64,000 nt of DNA, from positions 25,792,001 through 25,856,000 of the forward strand of contig CM126226.1 in assembly GCA_052327205.1 (NCBI GenBank), read 5' to 3'. Under the pieces are notes generated by a model. It saw nothing but the letters and a program-made list of their open reading frames with translations, searched no databases and was not told the origin of the DNA. This document shows positions 37,582 through 50,506 of this stretch, in pieces. Numbering within the stretch: the stretch's first letter is position 1; each line of letters starts with the position of its first letter. The position numbers and the translations under genes were made by a program. The stretch comes from Somniosus microcephalus (lineage: Eukaryota).

Positions 37582-38894
37582 GTCTGTGAGTGTTTCATTC
37601 CCGTTTTTCCTTGTAATCTGCAAAAGCCCCATTTTGATTCTGTGTTCTCTGAGACATTTCCAAAACATTTCTTTCTGTCAGGCAAATATGAGCATGAAAA
37701 TCTAGTGGAAAAATTCCTCAATCTTATTGAGATAATAACCTAAAATATAACCAACAATTTTATTAATAATTATTAATCAAGTGTAACTTCCTTACCAGTG
37801 TATTTATATTGCCTTGAACACACAATAGTTAATGATGAGAGTCAGCCCTTAACTGTACCTGTATGGCCTTTCTGAATGGTTGGGGTGCAGGAAGAATGAA
37901 AACATAAGAAAATAGATTTTGAAAATCTCCATGTTCAAGTTTAACAGTTGATGTTTAACAACAAGAGCTATTATTTAAATGGAATATGCTAAGAAGAATA
38001 CGCATAAGAAATTTCTCCTCACCCCTTTCCGCACCAAGAGATTGAGGAGAGAGATCAGAATAAACTTCTTAAAGTAGAGTTGTTAGAATAGGGAATGCTT
38101 TGCCACAGGAAGTAGTTGAAGCAGAAACCATTTTTTTAAGGGAAAGGTGGATAAATATTTGAAGCAAAGATAGAGGACTATGAGGGGAGAGCAAGACAGT
38201 GGGATTAGTTTTGGATTGCTCTAACAAAGAGTAGGCACAGACACATTGGGGGGAATGGCCTCCTTCTGTGCTCTAACCTTTTATTGATCTACGGATGCAG
38301 TATCAGGTTCGCTTTGCAGTGCTGCCTGGATGCAATGCATTTTCTTCCTGGTTTGGAGAGCACCGTTTGACGGTGTTCATTCGTGCTCTAACGTAGTCTA
38401 GGATGGATTTAGTCCAGCACAAATTTTGTAGAGCAAGTAGGATTTAGGGGAGCTAAGCTGTTGCTTACTGGATTACTTGGCTCTAGTGTTTCCCAACAGC
38501 TTTCTTTCTCTTAAAGTAAGATAAAACCACTTCTGGTTGATTTTCCAGCTATCTGTGTGAGCCAGTTCCTATCCTGTTCCTGCCCACAAGTCTATAAATA
38601 GCACCATGAAAGAGCCCCCATGGCTCAGTGAGTAAATGCACTATGCGGTGTTGTACTGAGCCATGCAGAACAGAACATCCAAGTTTCATTCCTGGTCTTT
38701 AAGTCAGCCATTTCCCACTCTAATTTCTGTTCAGTGACCTGCAAAGTGTGCAGGTGTGGATATTGGGTGAAGAGTAAGACCCGATCGGGGTTGGCTGTGA
38801 TGATCTACTGGCCTACTGACACTCACTGCTAAGGATCACATGTAAATTGGCACTTGGGTGCGGTATTAGAAGATTGTCAGTGTCTGTGGAACCA

Positions 38895-39525
38895 TGGACC
38901 AGCCACATAAATACTGTGGCAACAAGAGCAGGACAGAGGCTAGGTATTCTGCGGCGAATGTCTCACCTCCTGACTCTCCAAAGCCTTTCCACCATCTACA
39001 AGGTACAAGTCAGGAGTGTGATGGAATAGTCTCCACTTGCCTGGATGAGTGCAGCTCCAACAACACTCAAGAAGCTCGACACCATCCAGGACAAAGCAGC
39101 CCGCTTGATTGGCACCACATCCACCACCTTAAACATTCACTCCCTCCACCACCGGCGTACTGTGGCTGCAGTGTGTACCATCTACAAGATGCACTGCAGC
39201 AACTCGCCAAGGCTTCTTCGGCAGCACCTCCCAAACCTGCGACCTCTTCCACCTAGAATGACAAGGGCAGCAGGCGCATGGGAACACCACCACCTCCAAG
39301 TCACACTCCATCCTGACTTAGAAGTATATCGCCGTTCCTTCATCGTCGCTGGGTCAAAATCCTGGAACACTCTCCCTAACAGCACTGTGGGAGTACCTTC
39401 ACCACTCGGACTGCAGCGGTTCAAGAAGGCTGCTCACCACCACCTTCTCAAGGGCAACTATCGATGGGCAATAAATGCTGGTCCTGCCAGCGACGCCTAC
39501 ATTCCATAAACAAATTTAAAAAAAA
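38895..39525 (+). mobile_element. LINE 3' fragment (same family as 18425)
   Basis: WTSHINTVATRAGQRLGILRR..SAAPTTLKKLDTIQDKAARLI; AATAAA and A-rich tail. Confidence 0.88.
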
Positions 39526-39635
39526 CACAAGAACCTTTGGAAAATAAATAATTTTAAAAATCCGCGACAGTACTGTGAATTCAATATTTTACCCATTTTA
39601 AAAAATATAACTTTTACTGTGCTGTAAATTTGCAG

Positions 39636-39785
39636 GTTTTAGTGAAACTGGATGGCGGAGTTGGTTTGTCGCTGGTTAACAAGGCCCCTGAGGAATTGGT
39701 GTTTACCACTTTAACAGGGATAGATGTTCATTACACGCAGACTGCCACCAGTCAGATGCTGGAGGTCAGCATTCAGGATGTACAG
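39636..39785 (+). CDS. VPS13D: VPS13D exon 20 of 25
   Basis: ttgcag|GTT..GTA CAG|gtaatg; VLVKLDGGVGLSLVNKAPEELVF..LEVSIQDVQ; 150 nt. Confidence 0.95.
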
Positions 39786-40654
39786 GTAATGAAGCGTCTT
39801 TTAACAATGCACTTTCATATTGTACAAAGGTGAACATTCTGAAGCCCCGTCCAGGATATTTTGAAAACAAATCCAAAAATGGTATGGAAAGCAGAGTGGT
39901 TGAAAGGATTGCAAGCTGCCTTCTGGCAGTATGGGTATGCAAGATGCAGGTTCAAGCCTGGGCAAGGAAGTAGCAAATAGCTCAGGTGACTGGCTGGAGC
40001 ATGAGAGAGAACCATCGACATAGAGGGATGGGGCAGCAATAGGAAGATTTGCTCTGCCTTTATGCTGCTGTAAATTTCTATGGTTCAGTAGCAGAGAAAG
40101 AAACAAGGCCATGGGGAGAAAGTGGGGCAGTGCGATTTAGTTTTGGATTGCTCTAGCAAAGAGCCGCCAGAGGCATAATGGGCCGAATGGCCATCACCTG
40201 TGCTGTAAATTGTTATGGCTCTATGGGATCAGTTCTGATGCCCCCATGATCGAACAGTCTGCCAACATTTGCTACCTAGGTTCTTGCATGAAGAATCTCA
40301 ACTTGGATGGGGTGCTGTGGGGTTATCGCCATCTATGGAACCGTATCGCAGTGAGTGTTCAGATCATTCAGGATGGGGGGAATGAGACGTTGTGTTGGAG
40401 AGGACAGGGCGGTTAATTGCAAATCCTCATGACTTGTTTCGACCCTTCATCAGCTTGCATGTTGTTTTGCTGAGGAATGGTCTTGATTGTATGAAACTCC
40501 ACTAAAAGGGGTCTGGAACCCGTTGGGTTTGTAGGTGAAAGAGCACTTCTTTGGAAAATCTTATTTGTTCATACAAGGAAAAAGGCCAAAGTATTTTTGT
40601 TTGTTTTATTATTAAATGCTGCTAAGACTTTTGTTTCTTTCTGTACTTCGCAAG

Positions 40655-40810
40655 ATTGATAACCAGCTCTTGGGAACAACGCAGCCTGTGATACTCTCAC
40701 TGACCCCCAACAGCCTTGAAAGTGAAACAGAAAGCATTGAATCGGGCCCTGCTGTTCAGATCAATGCAATGAAGATCCCCAGCAAGAGTGCACTGACTGA
40801 ACTCTTCAAG
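40655..40810 (+). CDS. VPS13D: VPS13D exon 21 of 25
   Basis: cgcaag|ATT GAT AAC CAG..TTC AAG|gtgtgt; IDNQLLGTTQPV..GPAVQINAMKIPSKSALTELFK; 156 nt; less common AAG acceptor. Confidence 0.93.
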
Positions 40811-43290
40811 GTGTGTGCCCAATAAAGCAGCTGTCTTAAGTATTCTGAATGCTGATCTGTTCTATATTGTACAGTGAAATGCACAATAACACAGAGAATT
40901 ACATAGAATGTGCAGCACAGAAACAGGCCATTCATCCCAACTTGTCCATGCTCCACACGAGCTTCCTCCTGCCCCCCTCCATCTAACTCTCTCAACACCT
41001 TTAATACTGAGCTTAGATAGGCTTTTAATACAAGTAAGATCTGAATCAAACATTTATTGTTGGGGCTGATGTCCAGTTGTCTCTAGTTTCACTGTATGAG
41101 GCCCAAAGCTTTACCTTCAATAATGGGCTGCTTTAAACATTCAGGTAGCCTCCAACAAAGCAGAATAGACTTCTAGCCCCAACTGCCTCATTTGCAGAGG
41201 TACCACGTGATGTAAAACAAAGCTGTGTAGACTAGAAGGCTTCAGGTTTGAGCCCCAGGCTGAATGAGCTGATCTTAGCTGGGACACCAGTTGGGGTGCT
41301 GTAGTTCGTCTTAGCATCCCTAAATAGAGGGACACTCAGCCAGGGTTTCTGCACAACCGACCGCCAGCCAATGGCCCCCGGAAGAAAATGCACGGGTGTG
41401 GATGTCGGGTGAGGACAGGATCAGATTTGGCTGTGATGCACTAACATAGCTGAATAGCCTGCCAACATGCCATCTAGCATGTGAAACGTACTGGAGGGCT
41501 TCCAATTCCAACACCTATGAAACCTTGATGAGGGGAGAAAAGTGACTTCTAACACCAACCTGATTGTGCACTTCCCTAGTGGTCACCAGGTGGCGATGAC
41601 AACCTGTGAGATCCACCCAAAGCGTGACGTCCGTGTTCATGGAATCCAAAGGCGCACCCAGCTTACATGTCCGCGTAACCATCCAGGCTCTAGTGTCCCA
41701 ACAGCAAGTAAGGAAAGGTTGCTTTATCCTGCAGTCTCAGGCAAAAGCATCAGCCCAAAGCAATGATATCGTCTAGTCCTTGGAAACACTCAGCATTGAC
41801 GAGGCTATCCGCTCTAGCTCATTTAAATTAAGACTCTCCTACTGGTGGGTATCATTCCTAGAAAGGAACACAGCTCCATGTATTTAAATGGATCTGCAAT
41901 CTGTCTCGCTCCTTTTTGATCATAAAATCTCCCATTTCCCTGGTACTGCCAGCTCTCAGCACTGATTAAGTGCAGGCGGCAGTCCCATTCCAGGGCTGTG
42001 TTCATAGTCCAGCATTGGTGTCAAGTAACCGAAAACCGGCAGATAGGATTTTTTTCTAGTAGGTCCCTTCGCTGGCAGGAGTTTGCCTTATAAAGCTGGC
42101 TTGGAGTGATGTCCATGCTAGATTCACTTGGGCAACAACACCATTGTGTAAAAGGAGCTTTAACTTTACTTAAAGCAATTATTTTAATGTTGCTTCCTAT
42201 CCCCTCCAGATTTTCTTCCTTTCCTGAAGGAACTGTCTCGTGCTGCAGACAGTTCTCAAGTGCAGGCAGCCCTGCTACTTTACCCAAGGGGCTAGTCTTA
42301 ATATGTGAGCTGAGACATTAAGTATCAACAAACAATTTGACTTTGAAGGGCAACACAGCTGAGCCCAAACCTGTCACTATACATTGGCATGCCAACATTT
42401 TTCAGCAGGGTTACTGGATTGGAATTGAGCATGAACCTTGGCTGACTCCCCTCCCCTTGCCCCTTACCCTGCAATAATGAGGCCAATTACACTTCAGCTG
42501 CTGCCTTTGCTGAAATCAATCAGCTCAGCACAGGCTTAGAGATCAGATGTTAACAGTCAATTCACCAGGACTCAAACTTCTAGCTATAGAACTTAGACGT
42601 TTTTAGCACTTCTCATTCTGCCATACCCCATGTCTTTCGTTTTGCTTGTGTTACAAGAACCCTGAGTTTAAACTTTCCCGCCCCCCATCACCATGACCTT
42701 GTAAAATCTGACAAGAGTTCCTGATTGTAGTTTGTGCTGCATGCCTATGTGTCTGCAGAATAAATTCTTTGGACTCCTCGGTACATCAAGTGATTGCAGG
42801 GATCCCTAGTACCACTCGGGCACGGGCCCAGCTTGTGCAGGACATTCTTAACGGGAACTAGTGAAGGGCACAACTAGACCTCCATGTTGTAAAACAGTTG
42901 ATTAAAGCTTTGTTTAACGCTTAGACCAAGTGCCTAGTAGTTTTCTTGCGTCACCCCACACAGCCTGTTAGGCCTCAGGGGTGGCATCCAGTGAAAAGCA
43001 AGCACTTCCCCACACCAAGGGCAGGAAAATCTGTCACTATCTGGTAACCAGTTACAGAAACTTAAGGATTTAGGAACAGGGTGCCTAACCCAATTCTATT
43101 TAGAAAATATGCTTTGGAGAGGGGTGAGAAAAACAACCTAAGAGAGTGGAGAAAACACTTGAAACTAGAGATGTTAAAACTAAATTAGTAATCACGAAAG
43201 TGTGTTGGGGTTGGCTGCCAAAGAAATAATTAGTAATGTTTTATTAGGTTCTCGTATTTAGTGTGACTGGTTATATTTCTGTATCTGCAG

Positions 43291-43387
43291 CATCTCATGA
43301 TCACAGTGCGGAAGCTGACAGTTCAAATCGAAGAGAAACTTTTGCTGAAGCTGCTGCGCTTCTTTGGCTTGGGGCAATTGGACCAAG
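43291..43387 (+). CDS. VPS13D: VPS13D exon 22 of 25
   Basis: ctgcag|CAT CTC..CAA G|gtacga; HLMITVRKLTVQIEEKLLLKLLRFFGLGQLDQ; 97 nt; not in ORF track. Confidence 0.94.
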
Positions 43388-45585
43388 GTACGAGATATAA
43401 ACCAGGTGGCTGATGTTACGCGGTTGCCCAGTACAAAAACTGCTGCAGATTGTCCCATTGCATGTTAACATTGGAACCTGCAAACTGCACAAAGTTGCCT
43501 GTTGCAGTATGTTGATGTACTGGTGCGTTGTTCAAAGGGTAGCATGAGTTCATAGGCACTGCTTACCAAGATTGTGTTTTTGTTTTACCTGGCCATTTCT
43601 TGGGGAGTCCAAGAGAGGTAATGGAATGGTACACCCCAGGATAAATGAGCCCACAGCAGTGTTCTCCAGTAACAGTGGCCTCTAGACGTAGACAAGTATT
43701 TGAAAGCAGGTTTATTTTATTTCTCCTAGTTTTGGAGTGATACAAATTACTGCAAAGGACATTTAAAAGTTTTGGGTTTTTTTCAATTTTTGATTTGTGT
43801 AAAAGCTAGCACTCGTAGAATTGGTGAATATTGCCCTCTGTATTCATAGGATTACCTCCCTTTTGGAGAGAAGGGAAATTGGAGGGAGAGTTCAGTGTTG
43901 CCTCAAGGATTTTAGTAAAGAGCAATGGTGGGTGGGTGAAATTTTCTACTTGAACTGTGAAAAACACACAACTGCACCATTATAGATTTTGTCCTTCCAC
44001 ATTTGGGTTGTATCTGGAAAGAGTATTTTGAGCTGTATTACACAAAGGTGTAAAATACTAGTAGGGTACAGTCTGTCATGTGGTGGCAGTGGTTGGAACA
44101 ATTTGAGATGATGAATTAAAAGTGGATTAGCTTAAGTACAACTTAGTACTGGTACGCTAAATAAGCCTAAGAACAGCTCTGGAATTGTTCCTGAGCTACT
44201 GCCACTTGCCTCTTCTCAGCTGACTTGAAAGCACTGTTGGAAGAGATCTAGGTGCAGTTGCTCACCTATCCTCCCGCACTTGAGCAGTGAGACACGAAAT
44301 TTTCATCATGGGGTACCAAAAGAGGAGAAAAAAATTATAGGCTTACGTATTGTCTAATGTAAACCATGTAGAAAGATTCATCATGACGTTTGTCGATGCT
44401 GTCTCAAAAAATGAAGAGAAAATTCAGCCCTTTCTGCTGTACATTCCTACTAATTACCTTCTTCAAATGTTATTTGTAATTTGGTCTTTCAAGTTCATGT
44501 AAATGGAGTTAATAAAGTGTACGCACTATGCTGTGCCCTGAATCTCTCGGAAGAGCATCTCCCCTTAAGCATCTGTGTTAATATTTTGTTTTCCCATATC
44601 AGTCATTTTCCCCTCGGAGAGTGCCAATTAATGTTCATTTAGGGTTAGTTTTAAGCTGTGAGCCCACACATATCCAGAGTTGCACTGAGACAACCCCAGT
44701 TTATTTTGCTTAGGACGTACTGCAGGCAGTGAGCAGCAATTTTCATTCAGCCTGGCTGAATTTGAACTCCCATCCCAGAGGTGAAAGGATCTCTAAGTCA
44801 AGTCAATTATCTCCCAGTTCCTTTGTAAATATATTTATTCATTGTTTGTAATGTTTCAAAATCAAGAAATTTGTGTATCAGGAAGCTTTAATTAACTCAA
44901 GTTGAAAGTGCACATGGAGAGCAGAGGACCGCAGTCTCACTGAAGAGTTCAATAGTTTAGGCTCCTAATTGTCCAGCTAACCCTTTGTTTACCTTTTCTG
45001 GCTTCAGGATGCTTAGTGTTTGTGATTTTAATTATTTGTACAATCCAGTTTTACCAGATATTTAAGAGCACATATTTAAGTGCATATCTCTAACAGTAGC
45101 TCATTACATCAATTTAGCATGAATCACCGACATTCTACAAGATGGTTTCATTTACATTGAAATGTATGTAGCATAGAATAATTTCCCTGCAGGCTGCCCT
45201 GATACCCAAGAGCTTTTGAAGTGATGCCAGCAGGCTGGGTGGTAAGATGTACCACCGATTGAGCATTTTTATGACAGAAAGGGAATCACAGCCACACCTC
45301 TCTTCCTCACTTCACCTGATGGCCACAGGGGTACCCTTCCAGCAGGACCTCAGAGTGCTGATCAGGAGTTCATGTTTCGTCCTCTTTCCTTTTCCCCTTT
45401 GAGCTCAGGGAGGCCGAGGTCAACTAACTCAACACACAATGGAAGTTGAACCTCTGGTCTCCTGAGCCATTAGCAGAGCTGTTCAAGGACTTTTCTTAAA
45501 TTAGAATGACTTTTGTTAGAAAACCATGAAACAGATTTACATATATTCCCATTTCTACTCTGTTATAACCCTCTGGTCTGTAATA

Positions 45586-45916
45586 CAGGAAACTTTGTGA
45601 TATCCGGCACCGACGGGACCAAGCTGTTGCCATCCCATCAAAACTGCCGGACAAACCAGCGCTAATGTTGAAACATACGGAGATTTTGAGCTCCGTATCT
45701 GGCAACAAACCGTGTTGCTGAGCAACAGCTTCTAAACAGTCGGCCGTACCTTGCAAGCATCTCTGTAGCTTAGCAACAGCTTCAGCGAGACCTTGCAGAG
45801 CCTGACTGGTGGGAAAAAAAAGCAATGAAAAAAAAACCTAACGAAACGGCTCCTGATTTTTGCCGGTGGCTTGAGCATTCCGGACAATTAACCTCCGGAT
45901 AAACCAAAGTTTCCTG
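45586..45916 (+). mobile_element. Tigger/pogo-type MITE family A, copy 3
   Basis: TA|caggaaactttg ... caaagtttcctg|TA. Confidence 0.9.
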
Positions 45917-46300
45917 TATTTTGTAAGCATGCATTTTCTTATCAGTCAGAATCTCCAGTGGAGGGGTTCGTATGGTTCATATACAGTGGAGGTGTCCAGA
46001 GCAGGGCCATTTCCAAACCTTGAATCCCGGCAATCCAGCCCACAAGCACGAGCCTAGTTATGCTTATATCTTCTCACTGGTTTGCCCTATTTGTATTTCT
46101 TGGGCCTGGAGGTTTAGAAGGGACTGTTTTTGGGGGTTGTGGAATCTGTTCGTATAGCAACTTGAGATATATGCAAACTGAGGGAACATGGATTTAAACT
46201 TTATATGTGACCCACAGAGCTCTGTGGTATGCACCTATGTGGCCCATGAAGGTAAAAAGCTTGGACACTCCTGTTGTGTGAAATAGTGAATATCTGGAGC

Positions 46301-46398
46301 GAGTTACAGGCTGGAATCTAATTGAGGGGCTTGGATGGTTTATATATAGAATAACAGATATGCAGGAATGAGTTACAGGCTGGAATCTAATTGAGGGG
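46301..46398. repeat. Short minisatellite-like array, 69-bp period
   Basis: gagttacaggctggaatctaattgagggg occurs exactly at 46301-46329 and 46370-46398. Confidence 0.8.
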
Positions 46399-47282
46399 TT
46401 CAAAAGAGTTCTGTAGCTTCTTTCTGAACCTTACGGTTAATTAGCTGCCTTGAAACCACTCTAGGATATGTTAATCATTATAATCCATGCTGTAAAATTT
46501 ACAGGGTAGTTTCATTCAATTTTAATTCTAGCAGTGGCACTCATTATGGATCCTAACTGCCAGCATACTTCACTTCATTGATATTCACCCAGAAGGATCA
46601 AGGCTTTTAACATTGCCACTGACGGATTGAAAAATCATTTATAATTGAATTAGTCACAAATTCCATGGCCAATTTATATGACTCTATGCCTGGAAGGCAA
46701 GATCTTTAGTCTATTGCTCGACTGGGAAATCATCTAAATATAGACCCACAGAGAAACTTAAACAAGTACAGATGCAGTTTGAAGTTCTGTCTTAAACTGA
46801 CAACCCCTTCTGTGTATAATTGCATGTTTTCCTCTATTATACCATGTTGTCTGATCCTTGGGACAGTCGCGATGTGATTTGGAGGGTTAAGATTCCCTCA
46901 TGTAGGGAATGGTCGCCTTCTGTGCCGTAAATTTCTATGATTCTATGGAGGCCAGAAGATAAGTCTCTCTCTCTTTTCCCCCCCCCCCCCCCCACCTTGT
47001 TTGACCACCAGCAAATTGCAGCTGCACAAGTGCACGGGTTCTTGAAAAGGATAGAGGGAATCTGTTGCAGTATGGTGGCGGTGAATTCGACAGAGTAACC
47101 TTTCTAAAAAGAAAACTTTTAGATTAGCTCACTTTGATCCTTTATAGTAAAGATCCTGTTAGTAAATTGCTAGGTGCGTGAGGATTGTGTTTAATTGAAA
47201 TCTCTATCGGCACTATTTAATGATTGCTTGTTATCAATTTAAAATGCTTGCCAACATAGTAATATGGTGCTGAAAACTTTTA

Positions 47283-47607
47283 CAGGAAACTTTGTGATAT
47301 CCGGCACCGACGGGACCGAGCTGTTGCCGTCCCATCAAAACTGCCGGACAAACCAGCGCTAATGTTGAAACATACGGAGATTTTGAGCTCCATATCTGGC
47401 AACAAACCCTGTCAGCTTCTAAACAGTCGGCTGTACCTTGCAAGTGTCTCTGTAGCTTAGCAACAGCTTCAGCAAGACCTTGCAGAGCCTGACTGGTGGA
47501 AAAAAAAAGCAACGAGAAGAAAAAAAAACTAACGAAACGGCTCCTAATTTTTGCCGGTGGCTCGAGCATTCCAGACAGTTAACCTCCGGATAAACCAAAG
47601 TTTACTG
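47283..47607 (+). mobile_element. Tigger/pogo-type MITE family A, copy 4
   Basis: TA|caggaaactttg ... caaagtttactg|TA. Confidence 0.9.
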
Positions 47608-47823
47608 TATTACATTATCGTTGAACAGTGAGGCTTAAATTTGAGTACGGTACATGGTTGATAACCATATTTAGCCCTGGCTGTCCTTCGAACAAACAGC
47701 TCCCTAAACTACCTATTGATTGCATTCATTTTGCAGGAGCAATTCATTCTCTCAGCTATGAACGTCTGACGGGGTCTATTGCTTTAAGTAGCCTGTCACA
47801 CTATCTCCTTCCTTCCCTCGCAG

Positions 47824-47972
47824 ATGTAGAAAAGCCAGATGAAAATGCCCCTGAGCAGAATAGTGAGCAAGGTGGGACAGCAAAGCGCTACTATTTTGAA
47901 AACCTCAAACTCAGCATGCCACAAATCAAGATGAGCGTGTTTACTTCCAGCAAGTTGCCTGTGGAGCTCAAG
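47824..47972 (+). CDS. VPS13D: VPS13D exon 23 of 25
   Basis: tcgcag|AT GTA..CTC AAG|gtgagt; VEKPDEN..EQGGTAKRYYFENLKLSMPQIKMSVFTSSKLPVELK; 149 nt. Confidence 0.95.
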
Positions 47973-49324
47973 GTGAGTTTCTAAAAACCACACTATACAT
48001 CTTGAGGAACACAAAACAATTCTTTTTAAAGAGACTTGCTAATGTGGGTGGCCTGTGATTGCCAGAGAGCACCACAATCCTGGCCACTGTAATGGGTCCA
48101 GTAAGTTTATTACTTGTGCTAAATAATAAATGAAGTAACATATTGTAAGCAAGAGATATGTGAAATACATCCCAGTACTATACGCGATTTGTGAACCACA
48201 GTATCTTACCCGCCTGCTGTATCTTTTGAAATGGAGCAGCAACTTCAGACAGTAATGCCAGATTCAAGCAGTTCACTTACAGCTTAGTTTGGAGGCAGAG
48301 TGTTTTTGTGTATTTAATTACACAAAATTAATTTTTAATTTAAGTCTGTAACTTGGCTTGGGTAGTATGCATTCATGTGTATTCCTTGAATTGGGTGCTT
48401 TGTGTTATAATTCTTAGTTGGCTGTGTGGGGCTCTATAACTCGTTATTTCTCAATGAATTTTGTGTATGACAGCCTACATAAAGTACCAGAATATGATAC
48501 ATTTATGGTATTGCTTCCTTCCCCCTTTTCACCCCACCCCCTTTTTCCACCCCCCTTTTCACACCCTCCCCTCCCTCTTTTTACCTCCCTTTTCACCCTC
48601 CCTCTTTTCGCACCAACCAACTCTACTTCTCTGTTTTCCAAATTGCTGTTAGGTTTTCTCTCTCTCCTTCCCCCTCTTCTCCCCAACCTTTTATTTTCAT
48701 CCCTGTTTGATTGCATTCTGTCTCGAATTGGTGTATGATAACACCTCTTTCTGATGACATTTATTAAATCCTAGTCACTCTCCTGCCCATGGGAAGTTGA
48801 GAACAAATGTGGTTTTCAGGTGAAGCTGTGTTGGAGAATAAGGGCTAATTGGACGAGGGCTTGCGGACATAATTCGGCCCCCATATTAAAGTCATACGCC
48901 TGTCCTTAATTTTATATAATACTTCAATTTTATATTATCATTTACAGTTAAATAACAAAACCTAACATCAATTTGGAAAGCAAAGAAGTAGAGTTGGTTG
49001 GAGCATAGGAGTTTCACTGCAGTGCAGGCTGAGGAGCTGAGAGATGAAAAACCAAGGTGCTACATTGCCACCACTGGGGGGGGGGGGGATTATAATTACA
49101 GTACAAGTTTAGACAGGCAGTTTACATTATAAATATGGACACAGTCATTTATAATTGGAAAAATTGACTGTTGAAAAATTGCAATCAGAAAGTAAGGTTT
49201 TGTCAATTGGAAGTCTGCGCAGATGTAATCTTTTGAGATATTGTCGATAGATTTGGACATCAATGGAAATTAGTGAAAAGTAAAAGTAAATTAAAAAGCA
49301 TACCTTATTGAATCCCAGAAATGT

Positions 49325-49910
49325 CTCAACATCACTAAACAAACAGATGATCTGGTCATTATCACATTGCTGTTTGTGGGAGCTTGCTGTGCACAAATTG
49401 GCTACCACGTTTCCTACATTACAACAGCGACTACACTTCAAAAGTACTTCATTGGCTGTAAAGTGCTTTGGGACATCCTGAGGTCATGAAAAGAAGCTAT
49501 ATAAATGCAAGTCTTTTTCTTTCAAAGTGTTTCACATACAATGGATTACTTGCAGGTGTAGTCACTGTAGTTATGTAGGCAAATACAACAGCTGTTTTCC
49601 ATTCCACAAGATTCCACAAATAGTAATGAGATGACTGACCAATTAATCTGTTTTTGGTGGTGTTGGTTAGGGAATCAGGACACTGGGGGAATACCCTGCT
49701 CTTCAAATGGTGCCATGCATTCTTTAACTACCATTTAAACTACTGGTATGAGCAGATAGGGCCTTCCTTAACATTTCATACAAAGGACACCTCTGATCGT
49801 GCAGCATTTTCTCGGTACTGCACAGGAATATCAGTCTAGAATATGGGAACTTGACACCCAATCTTCTGACTAAAAGGTGAGAGTGCTATTGACTGAGCCA
49901 AGCTGACAGT
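49325..49910. mobile_element. Two Deu-domain SINE remnants arranged tail-to-tail (+ 49325-49515; - about 49520-49910)
   Basis: The first matches the 3' half of 29035-29465; the second matches its reverse complement (ggacactgggg..ccctgctcttc..gtgcca..actgagcca). Confidence 0.65.
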
Positions 49911-50371
49911 AAAATTTAAGACAAATATCCAAAAGAGATTCAGTGAAATATTTAGAATAACCTACCAAGGAAGACAAAAGAAGTAGAACCACCGGTTATT
50001 CAAATATAGTTATATGCTGTGATAGGAGGGTTGGGGCACTGGAGGAATGAGCTCTTACGGGTGAGTGAGCTTTTCTTGTCCCTGACATTTTTAGGTTCTT
50101 ATCGCCAAGTTCAGACTTTTGACCTTTGCAAATGACAGGATCAAACTATATGAATCATCCTAATCTCATGATATGTTTGACTCCCAGCTGGCTGTCAATA
50201 CCAGTTGTCACTAAGTAGAGTAAAAATGACAGGTTAGTTTCCGACAACAGCCTGCAGCACTGCTCTGCCTGTAACATGACATTCCGAGTGAGCGTCCACT
50301 GTGAACTCACAGAATTAGTGATCTTTTGCTGCTGTCATGCAAGATCAATTTGGTGCTTTTTTTTGTTGCAG

Positions 50372-50506
50372 GCTTTGAAGGGCATGCTGGGAATCCGGTT
50401 GATCCGGTTTGAGGATGCAGTTATTCACATGGATCCGTACACCAGAGTGCACCCGTATGAGACGCAGGAATTTATCATCAATGACATTCTCAAGCACTTT
50501 AAGGAG
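50372..50506 (+). CDS. VPS13D: VPS13D exon 24 of 25
   Basis: ttgcag|GCT..AAG GAG|gtgagg; ALKGMLGIRLIRFEDAVIHMDPYTRVHPYETQEFIINDILKHFKE; 135 nt. Confidence 0.95.

Noticed and set aside
46301-46398. 29-bp repeat with a 40-bp spacer, superficially CRISPR-like
   Set aside because: Only two units, in a eukaryotic intron, with no cas genes.
48520-48700. Pyrimidine-rich tract with Pro/Leu/Phe-rich ORFs
   Set aside because: Low-complexity sequence; the ORFs are compositional artefacts.
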